From an uncultured Bacillales bacterium (lineage in GTDB: Bacteria > Bacillota_I > Bacilli_A > RFN20 > CAG-288), in contig CALNAX010000059.1 in the NCBI GenBank assembly GCA_937874465.1, positions 26,000-89,999 of the forward strand: DNA of 64,000 nt. Direction: 5' to 3'. Each line of letters opens with the position of its first letter. The stretch's first letter is position 1. Under the pieces are notes generated by a model, which was given only the letters and a program-made list of their open reading frames with translations, was not told where the DNA came from and did not search any database. This document shows positions 59,135 to 64,000 of the stretch, piece by piece. A program made the position numbers and the translations under genes.

Positions 59135-60640
59135 ATGGCGGATAAGGATTGGGCTGAGACGGCTGTCATAGCTTCTGCCCTCTTGGATGAGGACGCCTTT
59201 TATGATGTCGTTTCTCGTCTCGGGCCGAATGACTTCCAAGATCCCCGTAACAAGGTGATCTTCCAGGTGATGCTCGACCTCCACACCCAAAAGATAAGAC
59301 CCGATCTGGTCACACTGACTTCCGCCTTGAAGACAAGGGATTTGATCAACGATGCCGGAGGCGAGGATTACGTTAAGTCCCTGGCGGACGACCTTCCACC
59401 TATCGCAGAAGTAGACAACTATATACAGACCGTCAAGAACAATGCGGTGCTTAAGACTTTCAAGGAAACACTTCATTCAATTGAGACCGAATCGTTGAAA
59501 TCCATCCCCGATATCCCCTCTTTCGTTACCGATTCCTTGCGAAAGATAGCCGATGTGGCCGCCCAAAGCAATATCGGCGGCTTCAAGAACAGCTCTCAGG
59601 TTTTGGAAGCCTTGCTTGGGCGTCTGGAGGAGGAGTCCCAGGAAAGGATAAAGACCGGAAAGAAATCCTACCTTAGCGGTTTGGCTACTGGTTTCCCGAC
59701 CCTTGACAAATACACCAACGGTTTCCAGAAAGGCGACTTGATAATAGTCGCGGCTCGTCCATCCGTCGGCAAGACCGCCTTGGCCATCAATTTCGCCAAG
59801 AACGTCGCCAAGAACAGAATCCCCGTAGCATTCTTCTCTTTGGAGATGTCGGCCGAACAAATAATGGGCCGTCTCTTGGCCAATGAATCCGACCTATCGA
59901 AGGACGAGATTCAGTCGCTAGACTTCAAGACCTCCCTTGGCGAGAACGGCAAGAAGATCATCGAACTTGCCGATTCCGAAAAGGACAACCCGGAGGCAAT
60001 CGCTCGCATCAAGGCCTTGAAGACCGCCGTCGAAAATCTTTCACAGCTGCCTCTTTATATCGACGACAGCCCCGATAGCCGGGTCTTCAGCATCGAGGCC
60101 GAGGTAAAGAAACTCCTTAATGGCCGACCGGATCTCGGGTTGGTGATAATAGACTACCTCGGCTTGATCCAAAGTGCCGGAAGCAGGGTTAGCAGCCAGG
60201 AGAACCGTCAACAGGTGGTAAGCGACATCTCCCGAGCCTTGAAGGGCATGGCCAGAAACCTCAGGATCCCGGTCATCGCCTTGTCCCAGCTCTCACGTGA
60301 GTCGGACAAACGTACCGATCACACCCCTGTTTTATCCGACCTCAGGGATTCGGGTGCCATCGAGCAGGATGCCGATCAGGTAATGCTGATCTACAGACCC
60401 GATGCCTACTCGGATAACGACAGCAAGGACGCCAATGGTGGGGACGACAAAGGCTTGGAGAACGACGTTTCCAACGTGAAGCTCATTCTGGCCAAGAACA
60501 GAAACGGAAGGACGGGAGAGATCAACCTGGTCTTCGAGAAGCCCAAGTCCAGGTTTACCGAACAGGCCATGGACGCAGATGTCCTGCCTAACGAAGAGCC
60601 TGACTATCCCCAAAGCCCTGATCCAACCCAGGGGTTTTGA
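59135..60640 (+). CDS. dnaB: Replicative DNA helicase DnaB (501 aa)
   Basis: Walker A ARPSVGKTA and IIDYLGLI are present, and the RecA-like C-terminal domain is intact. AAGGAGGG RBS. Confidence 0.95.
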   Translation: MADKDWAETAVIASALLDEDAFYDVVSRLGPNDFQDPRNKVIFQVMLDLHTQKIRPDLVTLTSALKTRDLINDAGGEDYVKSLADDLPPIAEVDNYIQTVKNNAVLKTFKETLHSIETESLKSIPDIPSFVTDSLRKIADVAAQSNIGGFKNSSQVLEALLGRLEEESQERIKTGKKSYLSGLATGFPTLDKYTNGFQKGDLIIVAARPSVGKTALAINFAKNVAKNRIPVAFFSLEMSAEQIMGRLLANESDLSKDEIQSLDFKTSLGENGKKIIELADSEKDNPEAIARIKALKTAVENLSQLPLYIDDSPDSRVFSIEAEVKKLLNGRPDLGLVIIDYLGLIQSAGSRVSSQENRQQVVSDISRALKGMARNLRIPVIALSQLSRESDKRTDHTPVLSDLRDSGAIEQDADQVMLIYRPDAYSDNDSKDANGGDDKGLENDVSNVKLILAKNRNGRTGEINLVFEKPKSRFTEQAMDADVLPNEEPDYPQSPDPTQGF

Positions 60641-60643
60641 CCG

Positions 60644-61429
60644 ATGCGTTACATTAACGTCGGTTCCGGCTCCAAGGGCAACTCGACGATCATCTACAAC
60701 GAGCACACTTTGATAGTCATCGATTGCGGCCTTTCCAAGAAACGAGTCGAGGAGGCCCTAAGGAGCGTCAGCAAGTCCTTTGCGGACATCAACGCACTTT
60801 TGATTACCCACCGTCATTCGGACCATACGGCTGACATCAAGGCCTTCCGCAGTTTGGACAAAATGATGTTCAGCGGCGATGAAGGACTCCTTGATGGCGA
60901 CTTCAGGGCTTCCAATCATCTTATTCCCTTCCAAAAATTTCTTTCTAATTCCTTGGCCATTGAAGCATTGCCAACTTCCCACGATGCACCGGAACCGATG
61001 GGTTATCTTTTGACCGATATGGAAAACGGGGAGCGGATGCTATACATGACCGATACCGGATACGTTCCGGAAAGGGACCTCTACGAGGCCAAGGATTGCG
61101 ACTTCTATATCCTGGAAAGCAACCATGATCCCGAGATGCTCATGGAATCCGATCGGTCAAACTGGCTTAAGATGAGGATATTGGGGGATAAGGGCCATCT
61201 ATCAAACGAGCAATCCTCCCATTACCTTTCCATGATGATAGGCCCTCATACCAAGGAGATAGCCTTTGCCCATCTATCGGAGGAGTGCAATACCCCCGAG
61301 TTGGCCCTTTCGACCTTCACCGACGTGATGGTGGCCCAATTCGGGGCCAAGCCCAGTTTGATAGTTAAGGCCTTGAAACAACGCGAAGCCACCGGTGGTG
61401 GCGATCTGATGGTGGGGAAGCTTTCATGA
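60644..61429 (+). CDS. MBL-fold metallo-hydrolase (YycJ/WalJ-like, 261 aa)
   Basis: The HxHxDH motif is THRHSDH. Its position before rlmH matches Bacillus. Confidence 0.85.
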   Translation: MRYINVGSGSKGNSTIIYNEHTLIVIDCGLSKKRVEEALRSVSKSFADINALLITHRHSDHTADIKAFRSLDKMMFSGDEGLLDGDFRASNHLIPFQKFLSNSLAIEALPTSHDAPEPMGYLLTDMENGERMLYMTDTGYVPERDLYEAKDCDFYILESNHDPEMLMESDRSNWLKMRILGDKGHLSNEQSSHYLSMMIGPHTKEIAFAHLSEECNTPELALSTFTDVMVAQFGAKPSLIVKALKQREATGGGDLMVGKLS

Positions 61430-61902
61430 ATCTCCGCTTCATGCTTGTCGGAAACCCCCACTCGGAAGAACTGGAAGCCTTGTATGGGCAATACGAAAAG
61501 AGGCTCAGAAGGTATGGCTTTGTGTCATTGTCCTATTTGAAGGAATACAGGCTTCCGGACAACCCATCGGAAAAGGAAATAGCCAGAGCCCTGGCCAGCG
61601 AGGCCGACGAAGTAATGGCGACTGTCGGTCGTAACGATGGCCTTGTGCTCTTGGATTTGGGTGGGAAGGAATTCGACTCACTTTCCTTTGCGTCCAAATT
61701 GAGAGACCTCTCCGACAGATTCGTGACCTTGGATTTCGTCGTAGGGAGTTCCTATGGCGTGGGCGAAAGCCTGAGGAAGAGGGCGCAGCTGAGGTGGGGG
61801 CTATCGTCCCTGACCTTCACCCACCCCTTGGCCCTGCTGCTCACGATGGAGCAAGTCTACAGGGCCTTGAAGATCAACAATGGGGAAACTTACCAAAAGT
61901 GA
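61426..61902 (+). CDS. rlmH: 23S rRNA (pseudouridine1915-N3)-methyltransferase RlmH (158 aa)
   Basis: SPOUT family, with a C-terminal FTHPLALLLTMEQVYRA motif. ATGA overlap. Confidence 0.88.
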   Translation: MNLRFMLVGNPHSEELEALYGQYEKRLRRYGFVSLSYLKEYRLPDNPSEKEIARALASEADEVMATVGRNDGLVLLDLGGKEFDSLSFASKLRDLSDRFVTLDFVVGSSYGVGESLRKRAQLRWGLSSLTFTHPLALLLTMEQVYRALKINNGETYQK

Positions 61903-61904
61903 CT

Positions 61905-62681
61905 TCAGTCCTTCTTCGCCGAAAGGTCGACGTATCTAACCAAGGTCTTGTACCTTTCGGGTACCTGGTCTGCAATTAGGATTGCGTCCTTGAAAGTGGC
62001 GAAAGTAACAGCTGCTATTTTGTCGAACTTGGTATGATCGGCAAGGACATAGGCCTGGTAAGTCCTGCTGATGGCCTTCTTCTTCATCATCGCCTCTATA
62101 TAGTCAGGCGTGGTGAAACAGGCCGTGGGATGGATGGCGTTGGTCCCGAAAAAGCCCAAGTTGAAGTTGAAATCGTCCAGGAAGTTCTCGGCGTATTCGC
62201 CCACGAAGGCTGAAGTAGAAGTCTTGAGTTCCCCGCCCGTGAGAAGAGTCCTATGGCCAGCGGACGTCATCCTGTTGCAAATGTCAGGAGAATTGGTCAC
62301 GAATAGGACGTTCTTCTCGGCGGTCACGAAGTCGCTGATGGTTGCCACGGTGGTGGAGGCATCGAGGTATACGCACGAACCAGGTTTTATCAAAGAAGAG
62401 ACGTAGGCCGCGATGGCCCGCTTGCTGAAGGGCTCGAGATAGGCCCTGGTCGGAAATTCCCTATCGCCATTGTCGAAAAGGAACTGACCGGCGTAATTCA
62501 ACGGGGCGGCCCCACCGTGCATCTTGGAAATCTTGTGCTGTTCGTATAGTCTTGCCAAATCACGCCTTATGGTGGACTCGCTCACGTTGAAATGAGTCGC
62601 CAAGGCACTTACCGTCAAGTAATGCTCAGGGGTCTCCTCAAGCAAATTTATTATTTCGTCTTCCCGGTTTGAGTCTTTCAT
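61905..62681 (-). CDS. DeoR/GlpR-family transcriptional regulator (258 aa)
   Basis: The N-terminal HTH is LTVSALATHFNVSESTIRRDL, followed by a DeoR C-terminal sensor domain. ATG at 62681. Confidence 0.85.
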   Translation of the reverse strand: MKDSNREDEIINLLEETPEHYLTVSALATHFNVSESTIRRDLARLYEQHKISKMHGGAAPLNYAGQFLFDNGDREFPTRAYLEPFSKRAIAAYVSSLIKPGSCVYLDASTTVATISDFVTAEKNVLFVTNSPDICNRMTSAGHRTLLTGGELKTSTSAFVGEYAENFLDDFNFNLGFFGTNAIHPTACFTTPDYIEAMMKKKAISRTYQAYVLADHTKFDKIAAVTFATFKDAILIADQVPERYKTLVRYVDLSAKKD

Positions 62682-62771
62682 TTGTTTCTTAATGTTTACC
62701 CTTAGCGTTTTTATTTTACTACACAACCTCCAAGGACCCGTCCCAAAAGGTCATAACTGCCAACGTGGGGG

Positions 62772-62800
62772 TTGCTAACTAGGGTAAATGTAGATATATT
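62772..62800 (+). promoter_or_regulatory. SigA-type promoter of tRNA-Pro
   Basis: TTGCTA (62772-62777), 17-nt spacer, TATATT (62795-62800). It ends 13 nt before the tRNA 5' end. Confidence 0.5.
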
Positions 62801-62813
62801 TATCGTGCCCTTT

Positions 62814-62890
62814 CGGGGAATAGCGCAGTTTGGTAGCGCGCTTGGTTCGGGACCAAGAGGTCGTGGGTTCAAACCCCACTTCTCCGACCA
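62814..62890 (+). tRNA. tRNA-Pro (anticodon CGG), CCA encoded
   Basis: The cloverleaf folds by hand. The acceptor stem is CGGGGAA/TTCTCCG, the D stem GCGC/GCGC and the anticodon stem CTTGG/CCAAG with loop TTCGGGA. The T arm is GTGGG-TTCAAAC-CCCAC, followed by discriminator A and CCA. Confidence 0.9.
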
Positions 62891-62905
62891 TGGTGAAAAC
62901 AAATG

Positions 62906-62940
62906 ACAGGCAGCGGGTGTAATATTCGCTGCCTGTTTTC
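62906..62940 (+). terminator. Rho-independent terminator after tRNA-Pro
   Basis: ACAGGCAGCG-ggtgtaatatt-CGCTGCCTGT followed by TTTC. Confidence 0.7.
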
Positions 62941-63034
62941 GTTGTCAGTAATTGCCAACCTATTTTTTTAACGGAAATTGTCAAAATTAAATTTATGTTC
63001 AATTTATGCGCTTATTAATTAGAATAGCAAAATG

Positions 63035-63063
63035 AAAGAGCCAGAAGTAGACCTGGCTCTTTT
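63035..63063 (-). terminator. Rho-independent terminator after dhaL
   Basis: AAAGAGCCAG-n9-CTGGCTCTTT, a perfect 10-bp stem with T-rich flanks. Confidence 0.65.
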
Positions 63064-63081
63064 ATGGTGTCAAATTAATGA

Positions 63082-63675
63082 TCACTTGGTATCGAGGAAA
63101 GTCTTAAAAAATATACCGGAGGAGGTAGCGCCCGGATCGATGTGGCCTACCGATCTTTCGCCTAAATAGGAAGCACGGCCTTTAGTGGCACGGAGAGGTT
63201 TAGTGGCTTGGACAAAGTCTTCCACTTGTTTGCTGGTCAAAGAGCCTTCTTTCAAAGCCTTGGACACCGGTCCCCAAACATCGACCATGGTCTTTTCGCC
63301 TTCTCTGGCATGACCGCGGCTTTGGATGGCCTTAAGTCCTTCTTCGACAGCGGTGGCGAAATCGGCGTCATTAAACTCGGCTTTGCCCTTCAAGGCTTTG
63401 CTCATTCCCAAAAAGGCGCTGCCATAGAGGGGTCCAGAGGCTCCACCGACTCTCGATATCATGGCCATAGCCAATTTAAGGAAATCATCGCCGCAGTCCT
63501 TTGCCGGTGTCTTGGCAATCGTGGCTTGATAGGCCTCTACGCCACGCGCCATATTGAAGCCATGATCGGAGTCGCCAATTGGCGCATCCAGTTCGCTCAA
63601 GTATTCCTTGCTCTTGATTATCTCTGCACTGAACTCACTGAGCCAGCGATCTACGAAAGCTTTGTCGTAAACCAT
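63082..63675 (-). CDS. dhaL: Dihydroxyacetone kinase subunit DhaL (197 aa)
   Basis: The Dak2 motifs are IGDSDHGFNM and GGASGPLYG. AAGGAGG RBS. Confidence 0.9.
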   Translation of the reverse strand: MVYDKAFVDRWLSEFSAEIIKSKEYLSELDAPIGDSDHGFNMARGVEAYQATIAKTPAKDCGDDFLKLAMAMISRVGGASGPLYGSAFLGMSKALKGKAEFNDADFATAVEEGLKAIQSRGHAREGEKTMVDVWGPVSKALKEGSLTSKQVEDFVQATKPLRATKGRASYLGERSVGHIDPGATSSGIFFKTFLDTK

Positions 63676-63695
63676 TTTTCGCCTCCTTGGTAATT

Positions 63696-64000
63696 TCAGA
63701 ATGACTTCCAGGCAATCGTATCAGCGGGGGCATTGATGAATTCAAGCCACTTTGGGTCTTCAATCTTGAAGAGGGTAAGGGAGATTCCGGCCATGTCTAT
63801 GGAGGTCATGTAGTTTCCGACCATCGATTTGACTATTTCGACACGATCGGCCTTTAGTAAGTCATTGACATCATTGGCAAAGACATATTGCTCCATCAAG
63901 GGAGTGGCTCCCATGCCGTTTACCAAAACCACAACCTTATCGCCTTTGACCAACTTGAATTCGGCACTGATCTTTCCGTACAGTTCTTTGGCTATGTCCT
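63696..64000 (-). CDS. dhaK: Dihydroxyacetone kinase subunit DhaK, C-terminal part (runs off the window end)
   Basis: The stretch VLVNGMGATPLMEQY...MTSIDMAGISLTL is characteristic of the DhaK C-terminus. Confidence 0.88.
   Translation of the reverse strand, partial: DIAKELYGKISAEFKLVKGDKVVVLVNGMGATPLMEQYVFANDVNDLLKADRVEIVKSMVGNYMTSIDMAGISLTLFKIEDPKWLEFINAPADTIAWKSF

Overview
The window is 64 kb from a compact, roughly 50% GC genome of a Bacillota/Mycoplasmatota-like bacterium. It uses the standard genetic code (TGA is a stop, for example at the end of rpoB). Lineage placement from the 16S alone is uncertain. Almost everything is core housekeeping. I call about 55 CDS, one rrn operon (16S-23S-5S on the minus strand, no tRNA in the ITS) and one tRNA-Pro(CGG). 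The core blocks are mreB-like/typA, comFA-comFC, ftsH-lemA, rplK-rplA-rplJ-rplL-rpoB-rpoC, and rpsP-KH-rimM-trmD converging on plsX-rnc-ftsY-ylxM-ffh. The remaining blocks are recG, yloU/yloV-like, tsaC-rpiB, gdpP-rplI-dnaB-walJ-like-rlmH and dhaKL. Several ORF-track starts are TTG/GTG N-terminal over-extensions; I re-set them to ATG/GTG codons that have Shine-Dalgarno sites. The only clearly non-housekeeping stretch is 3.1-9.2 kb, and it is my best candidate for something undescribed. It holds a co-oriented trio. The first gene is a 462-aa protein that reads like an Opp/Dpp-type ABC ATPase with every catalytic motif degenerate and a charged insertion of about 200 aa. The second is a 1411-aa polytopic membrane protein carrying four tandem 135-152-aa modules and at least 12 short 'P-S-D-x-x-P-x-x-W-[YF]' aromatic motifs. 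The third is an unannotated 45-aa single-pass micro-protein, followed by a terminator. Lesser oddities are extra C-terminal domains on FtsH, a KdgT-like permease, L19 and an NCS2 permease, plus a 756-aa acidic lipoprotein directly downstream of 5S rRNA. There is also a 10-nt motif recurring in three intergenic sites, a 486-nt unexplained spacer upstream of rpsP, and Bacillus-type synteny with specific gene losses and an inversion. I saw no CRISPR array, transposase, integrase or recognisable defence genes. All functional calls rest on by-eye motif recognition and need HMM or structure searches.
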